From assembly GCA_910583735.1 (NCBI GenBank), contig CAJTXS010000001.1, forward strand, positions 80,402 to 144,401: DNA of 64,000 nucleotides, in the 5' to 3' direction. The stretch's first letter is position 1, and each line of letters starts with the position of its first letter. Origin of the DNA: an uncultured Christensenella sp. Lineage in GTDB: Bacteria > Bacillota > Clostridia > Christensenellales > UBA3700. This document shows, in pieces, positions 18,488 through 27,126 of the stretch. A program made the position numbers and the translations under genes. The notes beneath the pieces are model-generated. The model made no database searches. It saw only the letters and a program-made list of their open reading frames with translations, and was not told where the DNA came from.

Positions 18488-19189
18488 TTAAGCGTACAGC
18501 AGAGAAAATGCGTATAATATCTGCGCCGCGAAGTAGAGCGCCATTATGGGGTAGTTGAGCAACTTCTTGTCGATATTTATATTTGCGAAGTAGTAGCTGC
18601 CGAGCACCGTGTCGGAGAGGCAGAAGCAAATCGAGCCTATCAGCGCAAGCAACGAACCTGTCGAGGGATAGAGGTGATATCTGCTTGCGGAAGCAAAGAG
18701 CGTAAGACTCAATAAAATCCCGTAGCTTATCATTATCGGGATTCTCTTTTTTTCTACGCTCAAGAATTTGCTTGCAATACCGCCCACCGTCGGAATAATG
18801 GAGTATGCGGCAAGGGGAATGAATAGAGGAGAAAGTCTCCATCCGGCAGCGTACATAAATCCTACGAAATATAATATTTGAGCGATGGCAAAAGACGCGA
18901 CGCCGAGCGAAAAAGCTCCGAAGTCGTCCTCGGCGGATAGAGGATACTCTTTTTTTGCAAGGAAGTAATCTCCGGCGAACGAGGGGATAAAGCCCGCGTA
19001 TATCACCGCGGGAGCAGCTCCGTTTACGGGCGATAATGCGCAACTTGCGGCGCCGAGCGCAAGGAAAAATGCTGCGGCAGTCATCTTGGCGTCTTTAGCA
19101 AGTCTATAGCGTTCTTTATGATACAGCACTGCCGTAAGTATTCCGAAAAGCATTGTCAAAGCGCCGAAGATGTATATTAGGTAAATCAT
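18488..19189 (-). CDS. YhhN-family (lysoplasmalogenase-like) membrane protein
   Basis: Polytopic protein of 233 aa. FAGDYFL and FCLSDTVLG resemble the conserved GDxxL and SDxxL motifs of YhhN/TMEM86. There is no obvious SD at the start. Confidence 0.55.
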   Translation of the reverse strand: MIYLIYIFGALTMLFGILTAVLYHKERYRLAKDAKMTAAAFFLALGAASCALSPVNGAAPAVIYAGFIPSFAGDYFLAKKEYPLSAEDDFGAFSLGVASFAIAQILYFVGFMYAAGWRLSPLFIPLAAYSIIPTVGGIASKFLSVEKKRIPIMISYGILLSLTLFASASRYHLYPSTGSLLALIGSICFCLSDTVLGSYYFANINIDKKLLNYPIMALYFAAQILYAFSLLYA

Positions 19190-19283
19190 ATATAAATTAT
19201 TACATATATTTTACGCTTCGTCAATACCGATTAAAATATTTCTATCGCGCCTTCGTAAAGGTATAAAAAAATTATATTAAATA

Positions 19284-19313
19284 TAGACAGTAATTAAGCC
19301 GTTATGTTATAAT
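19284..19313 (+). promoter_or_regulatory. Extended -10 promoter abutting the sialidase start codon
   Basis: TAGACA (19284-19289), an 18-nt spacer containing TGT, then TATAAT (19308-19313; TGnTATAAT from 19305). The A of ATG 19320 lies 7 nt after the -10 element, and there is no SD in between. Confidence 0.5.
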
Positions 19314-19319
19314 TCTAAT

Positions 19320-20651
19320 ATGGGCAATACAATATTCAATCAAGTATTTTCAAGAGCGACAGGCAATGCCGACAATTACAGGATTCCCGCTATAGTTAAG
19401 ACTAAGAGCGGCGTAATAGTAGCTTGCGCCGACGAGCGATATTATACGGGCGCGGACAACCCCAATCGCATCGACAAGGTAATAAGGCGATCTACGGACG
19501 GCGGAGTTACTTGGCAGGAACAGATTGTCGCCGTCAAGGAATACGGCGAGAGCAAAATGAACGCGTCTGCGGCAATCGACCCCTGCTTGCTCTACGACGA
19601 GGATAGCAATACCGTATTTATGATATATCTGCATTCGCCGTCCAAGGTATGGATTCTCGATTCCGCCAAGGGCACGGGATATGACAGCGCGGGACGTAAA
19701 CTCTTGAAGATAGGCAAGAGCATAGCTTACGTTGCCGACAGTAACGATATCATATACGCCGACGGCAAGCGCAGCGGATACGTATACGACGGCGATGCCT
19801 ATGTATACAAGGACGGAGAGAATGCGGGCGATATATACAGCGGTACGGGACCCGTAAGAGAGTATCCTACATGCTTCCTCTATATATGCAAGAGCACGGA
19901 CGAAGGATTGACCTGGAGCAAGCCCGAGTGCCTCAATCTGCAAGTCAAGGATAAGTATATGACATTTATAGGCGCATGCCCGGGCGCGGGGTTGAAGATT
20001 AAGAACGGCAAGCATGCGGGCAGGCTCGTATTACCCATATATTTCAATACGCTTAGCAAGATGCTCAGTCTGTCATCGTGCGTAATATACAGCGACGACG
20101 GCGGAGTTACCTGGAAGAGGGGCAAGTCGCCCAACGACGGCAGACGCAGCTTTATATTTAAGCTGTCGTCGAGATTTGTCGGCGAGCCGGATATGATTAC
20201 GGAAAGCCAAGTAATCGAGATGCCGGACGGCGTATTGCGTATGTTTATGCGCAATCACAGTCCCAAGAGGTTGATATCTATGGCAGAGAGCAGGGACGGC
20301 GGCGAGACTTGGACTAATTACAGATATAATAAAGCGCTTGTGCATCCTATATGCCAGGTGAGCGCAATCAACGCTATGTATAAGGGCAGGGAAGTCACGC
20401 TTGTATGCAATTCCGCAGACAAGAAAAAGCGCATCAACGGCACGATAAGACTGTCATACGATTACGGAGAGACTTTCGTCGCATCTGCTTTGGTTAAGGA
20501 AGGCGAGTTCGTCTACAGCAGTATGGTTCAGGCGGACGACGGCGATATCGTATTACTGTACGAGGGCAGCACCATGCACGAGACGGTTGATTCGTTGAAG
20601 TTTTCAATCGAAGAGATAGAGAAGGGAAGCGTAATATATGGCAGAGCTTAA
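19320..20651 (+). CDS. nanH: Exo-alpha-sialidase (GH33), no signal peptide
   Basis: The RIP motif is YRIPAIV. Four Asp-boxes are present: STDGGVTW, STDEGLTW, SDDGGVTW and SRDGGETW. Confidence 0.9.
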   Translation: MGNTIFNQVFSRATGNADNYRIPAIVKTKSGVIVACADERYYTGADNPNRIDKVIRRSTDGGVTWQEQIVAVKEYGESKMNASAAIDPCLLYDEDSNTVFMIYLHSPSKVWILDSAKGTGYDSAGRKLLKIGKSIAYVADSNDIIYADGKRSGYVYDGDAYVYKDGENAGDIYSGTGPVREYPTCFLYICKSTDEGLTWSKPECLNLQVKDKYMTFIGACPGAGLKIKNGKHAGRLVLPIYFNTLSKMLSLSSCVIYSDDGGVTWKRGKSPNDGRRSFIFKLSSRFVGEPDMITESQVIEMPDGVLRMFMRNHSPKRLISMAESRDGGETWTNYRYNKALVHPICQVSAINAMYKGREVTLVCNSADKKKRINGTIRLSYDYGETFVASALVKEGEFVYSSMVQADDGDIVLLYEGSTMHETVDSLKFSIEEIEKGSVIYGRA

Positions 20652-21306
20652 CAGAGGACTGATAGTGTCGTGCCAGGCGGTTAAGGGCGAACCCTTATAC
20701 GGCTTAAATATGATGGGACACTTTGCCCGCGCGGCGGTGCTCGGCGGCGCCGTAGGTATCAGGACGGGCTATATCTCCGACATTAAGTCCGTGCGCAGCG
20801 AAGTGGATGTGCCTATAATCGGAATTATCAAGCAGGTATACGAAGGCAGCGACGTATATATTACCCCCACACTCGAAGAGGTTAAGGCTCTGATAGACAG
20901 CCCTTGCGACGTAATCGCTCTCGACTGCACGCTCAGAGCGCGTCCTAAAGAGACCCTCGAGGAGCTGGTCAAGTACATTAGAGCCAACGCGCCGAGTATG
21001 GCTATTATGGCGGATTGCGACAATCTCGAAAGCGCTGCTGAGGCGGACAGGCTGGGCTTTGACTATATCGGTACTACCATGCGCGGCTATACGCAGGCGA
21101 CCAAGGGGATGGAGATACCCGATTACGACTTCATAGCTCGGCTGGTTGAGTTGTATCCGGATAGGCGTATCATCGCGGAAGGCGGCATATGGGAGAGAGG
21201 TCAACTCGATAAGGTATGGTCGCTGGGCGTGTATGCAGTCGTGATAGGCTCCGCAATTACGAGACCCATGGATATAACTAAGAGATTTGCACAGGTGATC
21301 AAATGA
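20638..21306 (+). CDS. nanE: N-acetylmannosamine-6-phosphate 2-epimerase
   Basis: GLIVSCQA...GAVGIR...IIGIIK...ITPT...DVIALD...ADCDN...GFDYIGTT..GYT matches the NanE family along its full length. It overlaps the nanH end. Confidence 0.9.
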   Translation: MAELNRGLIVSCQAVKGEPLYGLNMMGHFARAAVLGGAVGIRTGYISDIKSVRSEVDVPIIGIIKQVYEGSDVYITPTLEEVKALIDSPCDVIALDCTLRARPKETLEELVKYIRANAPSMAIMADCDNLESAAEADRLGFDYIGTTMRGYTQATKGMEIPDYDFIARLVELYPDRRIIAEGGIWERGQLDKVWSLGVYAVVIGSAITRPMDITKRFAQVIK

Positions 21307-22199
21307 GAGTAATAGGAGTAGATATAGGCGGCACAGGGATTAAGTCTGCGTTGATAGAATGCGGAGCGCCCGACGATGCCGCGTCGTATAATATAATCGA
21401 CCGCTCTTCGGTACATACCGACGGCAAGCAGGGCAGAGACAGAATAATCGAAAATATCTGTCTTGCAATAGGAAAATATATTGATTTGGCAGACAGCGCT
21501 ATAATAGGCGTAGGGTCGGCGGGCGATATAGACGACAGCTGCGGCGTCATTACTTACGCTACCAATGCTCTGCAAGGCTTTACGGGACTTAATTTGCGCG
21601 AAGTGCTTGTCAAGAGATTCGGTAAGAGAGTCAACTTAATCAACGATGCTGTTGCGGCGCTTATAGGCGAGGCATACGTGGGAAGTAGTCTGAGAGGCAG
21701 ACCCATGATGCTCACGCTCGGCACGGGCTTGGGCTGCGCGATGATAGAGGATATAGACGCTCCGCTCGGCAGCGGCAGCGTAGACAATATCAGGCTTGGT
21801 CACATAGAGTTGCATAAAGACGGCAGAGAATGTAAATGCGGCTTGAAGGGCTGCGCGGAGCAATATGTATCCGCGACCGGACTAAAGCTCAATGCGGGTA
21901 TGGACAGAGTGCAGGATATACTCTCTTGCGATGCCAATAGGGGTGCGGTGAGAGACTTTATAGCCGATTTCAAGTCGGTGCTTGAATATGCCTGCGACAG
22001 ATATTCCCCTACGAGTATTATTGTGGGCGGCGGAGTTGTCGAAATGGCTCAATATTGGTGGGACGATCTTGCTGCCGCATGCAGTCAGGATATAGCCTCT
22101 AAGCTGGTAAAGGCTCGCTTAGGCAATAGGGCTGCTCTGTTCGGCAGCGTATATGCGGCGCTTAACGGCAAGTACGGCTTGCAGAACGGCATATATTAA
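21303..22199 (+). CDS. nanK: ROK-family sugar kinase (probable N-acetylmannosamine kinase)
   Basis: The ATP-binding N-terminus is IGVDIGGTGIKSALI, and the ROK zinc motif is CKCGLKGCAEQYVS. The position between nanE and nanA supports the call. Confidence 0.8.
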   Translation: MRVIGVDIGGTGIKSALIECGAPDDAASYNIIDRSSVHTDGKQGRDRIIENICLAIGKYIDLADSAIIGVGSAGDIDDSCGVITYATNALQGFTGLNLREVLVKRFGKRVNLINDAVAALIGEAYVGSSLRGRPMMLTLGTGLGCAMIEDIDAPLGSGSVDNIRLGHIELHKDGRECKCGLKGCAEQYVSATGLKLNAGMDRVQDILSCDANRGAVRDFIADFKSVLEYACDRYSPTSIIVGGGVVEMAQYWWDDLAAACSQDIASKLVKARLGNRAALFGSVYAALNGKYGLQNGIY

Positions 22200-22240
22200 A
22201 ATAACAATTTTTTGAAAGTACACACTTTCGGGAGGATGTA

Positions 22241-23116
22241 ATGGACAGTAAATTCAAGGGCGTATTTCCTGCGCTGCTTACCCCTTTTAAGGCCGACGGA
22301 AGCATTAACGACGACTCGGTAGCAAAGCTGGTAGAGTACAACGTACGCAAGGGCGTGGACGGATTTTACGTGGGAGGCTCGACGGGCGAGGGCATGCTCC
22401 TTACCGTTGACGAGCGCAAGCAGCTCTTTAGAGCGTCAGCGGAGGCCAATGCTGGCAGGACCACTATGATAGCGCACGTAGGCACTATTTGCACCGACCA
22501 TGCCATCGAGCTTGCAAAGTATGCTAAGGAAGTGGGTTTCGACGCTATATCCGCGGTAGCTCCTTACTATTACAGCTTTAGCTACGACGCTATCAAGAAC
22601 TACTATCTCGACATAGTAAACAGCGTAGATATCCCTATGATAATCTACAATTTCCCCAATGCGAGCGGCTTTAACTTCACCAAGGCGATTGCGGAAGAGA
22701 TGTTCGCATGTTCGGACAGATTTATCGGTATTAAGCATACTACGTCCGACTTGTTTTTGTTGCAGCAGTTCAAGAGCATGTCGGCTAAACCCGTCGTATA
22801 CAACGGTTGGGACGAGATGTTTATTGCGGGACTCAGCATGGGCGCGGACGGCGGCATAGGCTCTACCTACAACCTTATGGCGGACAAGTTCATAGACATA
22901 TATAACTACTTCCAAAAGGGCGATTTACGCGCGGCGCAGGCGAAGCAGCTCGAGGCTAACGCGGTAATATCCGAGCTCATCAAATACGGCGTATTCGCTG
23001 CGGAGAAGGCTGTGCTTGACGCTCTCGGAATACCTATGGGCGACTGCCGCAGACCGTTCCGTCCTATATCGGACGAGGGCAGAGCAAAAATGACGCAAAT
23101 TGCCAAATCGCTTTGA
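22241..23116 (+). CDS. nanA: N-acetylneuraminate lyase (DapA family)
   Basis: KGVFPALLTPF...GVDGFYVGGSTGE...GIKHTT (Schiff-base Lys context) is typical of NanA/DapA aldolases. Confidence 0.9.
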   Translation: MDSKFKGVFPALLTPFKADGSINDDSVAKLVEYNVRKGVDGFYVGGSTGEGMLLTVDERKQLFRASAEANAGRTTMIAHVGTICTDHAIELAKYAKEVGFDAISAVAPYYYSFSYDAIKNYYLDIVNSVDIPMIIYNFPNASGFNFTKAIAEEMFACSDRFIGIKHTTSDLFLLQQFKSMSAKPVVYNGWDEMFIAGLSMGADGGIGSTYNLMADKFIDIYNYFQKGDLRAAQAKQLEANAVISELIKYGVFAAEKAVLDALGIPMGDCRRPFRPISDEGRAKMTQIAKSL

Positions 23117-23164
23117 TTTTTTTTGACAGCGTTATATCTATATGATATACTTATATGGCAATCA

Positions 23165-23240
<76 letters not shown>

Positions 23241-23247
23241 AGAATGA

Positions 23248-23292
23248 CTCGGAACAAGATAGCGATTTATTTTGTTTCGGGTTTTTCTTTTT
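23248..23292 (+). terminator. Probable terminator after the tRNA
   Basis: CTCGGAACAA (23248-23257) pairs with TTGTTTCGGG (23272-23281), with two wobbles, followed by TTTTTCTTTTT. Confidence 0.5.
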
Positions 23293-23569
23293 ATGCGAGA
23301 TAGGGGAACATCGCCGGTATATTTCGACGGCATAAGCATCGAAAGTAGCTTGATAGTCTGCATATAATCTTATTCGAGGTTACATTGTGGCAATTGAGTG
23401 AGTTAAAGGCGATGTTAAATTTCGCAAATTCTTAATCTTATTTATCAGTAAATATAAATTATAAAATGTTTATATATAGGGGTTGGTACAATAAAAAATT
23501 GCCGACGCTCGAGGGCGTCGGTTTCTTATGACTTCTTGAGCGCATACAGGCAGACAAGGAGGTTATATA

Positions 23570-24505
23570 ATGACAACAGACGAATACTTTGACCTATGGT
23601 TAAAGGAGCAGGAGGGTAAAATTAAGGCGCGTACGCTCAATCGATATGCCGAGCTCATTGCTACGCATATTAAGCCTTCGTTCGAGGGCATACCCATCAA
23701 GAAAGTTACCAAAGATATGATAGAGCGCTACGTAGCGGAGTATCTGCAGGCGCAGGCAGGGCTTGCCGACAATTCCGTATTGCAGATAATGGGAGTGATT
23801 AAACGCGCCTTTAAGCAAGCTGCGATTAAAGGCATAATCAGAGTCAATCCCACGCTCGACATCTCGCTTAAGCACAGACAGAAGAAGATAGACGCCTTTA
23901 CCGAGCGCGAGCAGAGGAAGCTGGAGCGCTTCATTATCAGCAGCGGCAGGGCTAGATATTACGGCATATTGATAGCGCTGTATACGGGACTGCGCATAGG
24001 GGAATTGCTCGCATTGACGTGGGACGACGTCGATATGCGCAACGCCACGCTCTCGATAAGCAAGACAGTAGGCAACCTTAGGATAAGCAAGGGACAGAGC
24101 AATCCCTATCTCGGCACGCCTAAGACTGCCGCGGGAGTGAGAGTAATACCTTATCCTAAGCAGCTTACGCCTCTGTTTCGTCTGCTCAAGTCAGTGGGAG
24201 GCGAGTATGTGGTGTCTACCATCAAGGGCGGCTATGTGCAGGTCAACAGCTATCAAAAGACCTTTTGCAACATACTGCGTATGCTCAAGATCACGCACAA
24301 GGGCTTCCATAGTCTCAGACATACCTACGCCACGCGAGCGCTCGAGTCGGGCGCGGATATGAAGACGCTTTCGGAGATGCTCGGTCACAGCAGCCCTACC
24401 GTCACGCTCGCAAGATACGCTCACAGCACCGAGAAACAGAAAGTAAAACTTACGCAGCAAGTCGGGTCGAGACTTAAGAGGACCGATTACTATTTGGAGA
24501 TGTAA
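23570..24505 (+). mobile_element. int: Tyrosine site-specific recombinase (phage-integrase family), intact, 311 aa
   Basis: The N-terminal SAM-like core-binding domain is followed by catalytic residues in the correct order: TGLRIGEL (Arg), HSLRHTYAT (His-x-x-Arg), LGHSS (His) and RYAH (Tyr). An AAGGAGG SD is present. It starts 329 bp after tRNA-Ala. Confidence 0.9.
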
Positions 24506-24569
24506 AGGTAGAGAAGGCTACCGCATTAATCAATGCGCTGCAATCGTCGCGATTAGCCCTATGTGTATT

Positions 24570-24980
24570 TTACTTTGCGGCAGCGGCAAGTTGTGATTTA
24601 AGAGCGCGTATTACGGGCTTGTCTGCGGGCGCCCAGTCGTCTTGAATCAGTTCGTCTGCGGACATCCACTTGTATTCCGCATGCTCTTTAAGCGTGAAGT
24701 CGGACAACCTGTCGCAACGGTATAGGTGCAGCGAGACAGAGTAGTCGGGATATGTGTAGTCAACGCTCATGTACTTTTCTCGGACGAGACAGTCGAGGTC
24801 CAACTCTTCCTTTAACTCTCTTGCGAGGGCGGAAGCTTCGTCTTCTCCGCGTTCGACTTTTCCGCCTGCGAACTCCCATTTATACGCGACGAGAGGATTG
24901 GACGAAGCGCCTCGCTTAAGCGCCAGCAACTTGCTCTCTTCGACGATAATTGCGCCTACTACTTCGTAATGCTTATTCAT
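24570..24980 (-). CDS. Nudix hydrolase (MutT-like)
   Basis: The Nudix box is GGKVERGEDEASALARELKEELDL (GX5EX7REUXEEXGU). Confidence 0.85.
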   Translation of the reverse strand: MNKHYEVVGAIIVEESKLLALKRGASSNPLVAYKWEFAGGKVERGEDEASALARELKEELDLDCLVREKYMSVDYTYPDYSVSLHLYRCDRLSDFTLKEHAEYKWMSADELIQDDWAPADKPVIRALKSQLAAAAK

Positions 24981-25164
24981 ATCTCAATTATAAGGCTTGA
25001 GGAGCGGATATTGCAACGCATAAGAGGTGAATTGATATTATCCGTCAATGCGGATATAGCTATTAGTGTTGCAATTAATGTAAAGATAGGGGAGAGACAG
25101 GCATCTTTGCGGTATATTACTGCGGACAGCTTGCAGCTTTATAACCTACGGATATCTCAAGAGA

Positions 25165-25195
25165 ATGAAAAATCCACCCTATTTCGGGTGGATTT
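25165..25195 (-). terminator. Intrinsic terminator of the marR-ABC operon
   Basis: An 8-bp stem, ATCCACCC (25172-25179) with GGGTGGAT (25186-25193). On the minus strand it is followed by TTTTTC (plus-strand gaaaaa, 25166-25171). Confidence 0.7.
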
Positions 25196-25218
25196 AATTG
25201 CCTTAACTGCGGCGTGTA

Positions 25219-27126
25219 TTATTCGAGTTCAAATGCTCCCGTGTACAGCTGATAATAAGTTCCCTTCTTCTCAATCAACTGATTATGCGAGCCGCGCTCT
25301 ATTATCTCGCCGTGATCGAGCACCATGATTGCGTCCGAATTCCTTACCGTAGACAGCCTGTGCGCTATTACGAATACCGTCCTGCCTTCCATAAGTTTAT
25401 CCATACCGTCCTGCACCAGTTTCTCGGTATGGGTGTCTATGCTCGAAGTGGCTTCGTCGAGTATCATAACGGGCGCGTCGGCAACTGCTGCGCGAGCAAT
25501 CGAAAGCAGCTGTCTTTGTCCTTGCGACAGATTGGCTCCGTCCGCCTCGAGCATGGTGTCGAAGCCCTCGGGCAGGCGCGTTATAAAGTCATAGGCGTTG
25601 GCGATTTTCGACGCTTCGATACACTCTTCGTCCGTTGCGTCCAGCTTGCCGTATCGGATATTCTCCATTATCGTGCCTGTAAACAGATTGGTATCTTGCA
25701 ACACTATGCCCAGCGAGCGGCGCAAGTCGGGCTTCTTGATCTTATTGATATTGATGCCGTCGTAACGTATCTTGCCGTCGTCTATGTCGTAGAATCTGTT
25801 GAGCAAATTGGTTATCGTCGTTTTGCCTGCGCCTGTCGCGCCTACAAAAGCTACCTTTTGCCCCGGCTTGGCGTACAGAGAGATGTCTTTTAGCACGAGC
25901 TTGTCGGGATTGTACCCGAAGTCCATATTTTCGATATATATATCGCCTTGCAGCAGTTGATAGGTTGTGGTATCGTCGGCCTTGTGGTAGTGCTTCCACG
26001 CCCATATGCCTGTGCGTGTTTCCGACTCCGTAAGGTTGCCGTTATCGTCGTACTTTGCGTTGACGAGCGTCACATAGCCCTCGTCCTGCTCGGGAGTTTC
26101 GTCGATGAGGTCGAATATTCGCTGCGCTCCCGCAATACCCATGGCTACGGAATTGACCTGCTGCGATACCATGCCTACTTGTTGTGTAAACATCTTGCTC
26201 ATGCTCAAGAATGCTACCACCACGCCTATGCTGAGAGGCTCCAATCCGCGCAGACTTACATTGCTCGCGCCGGAAAGGAACAGCGACGCGCCGACGAGCG
26301 CAAGCACTACGTACAGCAGGTTGCCTATATTTCCCAGTATCGGCATTAGTATATTGGAGTACTTATTGGCGCTCTCGGTAGCCTTGAACAGCTCGTTGTT
26401 GACCTTGTCGAAGGCAGCTTTTGCTTCCTTCTCATGGCAGAACACCTTGATGACTTTCTGTCCCGACAGCGATTCCTCTATATATCCGTCTACGCTGCCC
26501 ATCGCTTGCTGCTGCTTGATAAAGTAGCGCACGCTGTGACCTGCGATATGACGCGATATGAGCGTCATTGCTGCGACCGCGACCACTACAACCAGCGACA
26601 GCCAAATGCTGTAATACAGCATTAATACGACGGCGGAAATAATGGTAACAGACGACGATATCAGCTGTGGGAAACTCGAGCCTATCATTTGACGGAGCGC
26701 ATCGACATCGTTGGTGTAAACACTCATTATGTCGCCCGTCTTGGTGGTATCGAAGTAACGTATGGGCAACGTCTGCATCTTGCCGAACATCGTATTACGT
26801 ATATCGGCGAGGAAGTGTTGCGTGACTATTCCCATCAGTCTTGTATAGACGAATGAGCCGATTATAGCAGCCGCGAATATACACGACATAGAACCTACGA
26901 ACTTGAGCATGGGAATGAAGCTGTATTCCGCGCCGCTTACGGCAGACGATATCAGCGGCTCGAGATAGTCGTCTACCAGACTGGCGATGAAGATAGAGCT
27001 GGATATCGAGCCCGCGCAGCTTAGCAGGATGCAGAATACTATGAGGATGAGTTGCCACTTGTATCTTTTGAAGAGCTCACGAGACACTCTTGTAAGAGCT
27101 GTCGATTTGCTATGTCTTTTACTCAT
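25219..27126 (-). CDS. ABC exporter, fused TMD-NBD half-transporter (ABCB/multidrug type), subunit 2
   Basis: Six-TM domain plus NBD: Walker A GATGAGKTT, signature LSQGQRQLLSIARA, Walker B MILDEATSSID. The start is set at ATG 27126-27124, 9 nt after the AAGGAGG SD, overlapping the upstream stop by 8 nt. Confidence 0.9.
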   Translation of the reverse strand: MSKRHSKSTALTRVSRELFKRYKWQLILIVFCILLSCAGSISSSIFIASLVDDYLEPLISSAVSGAEYSFIPMLKFVGSMSCIFAAAIIGSFVYTRLMGIVTQHFLADIRNTMFGKMQTLPIRYFDTTKTGDIMSVYTNDVDALRQMIGSSFPQLISSSVTIISAVVLMLYYSIWLSLVVVVAVAAMTLISRHIAGHSVRYFIKQQQAMGSVDGYIEESLSGQKVIKVFCHEKEAKAAFDKVNNELFKATESANKYSNILMPILGNIGNLLYVVLALVGASLFLSGASNVSLRGLEPLSIGVVVAFLSMSKMFTQQVGMVSQQVNSVAMGIAGAQRIFDLIDETPEQDEGYVTLVNAKYDDNGNLTESETRTGIWAWKHYHKADDTTTYQLLQGDIYIENMDFGYNPDKLVLKDISLYAKPGQKVAFVGATGAGKTTITNLLNRFYDIDDGKIRYDGININKIKKPDLRRSLGIVLQDTNLFTGTIMENIRYGKLDATDEECIEASKIANAYDFITRLPEGFDTMLEADGANLSQGQRQLLSIARAAVADAPVMILDEATSSIDTHTEKLVQDGMDKLMEGRTVFVIAHRLSTVRNSDAIMVLDHGEIIERGSHNQLIEKKGTYYQLYTGAFELE

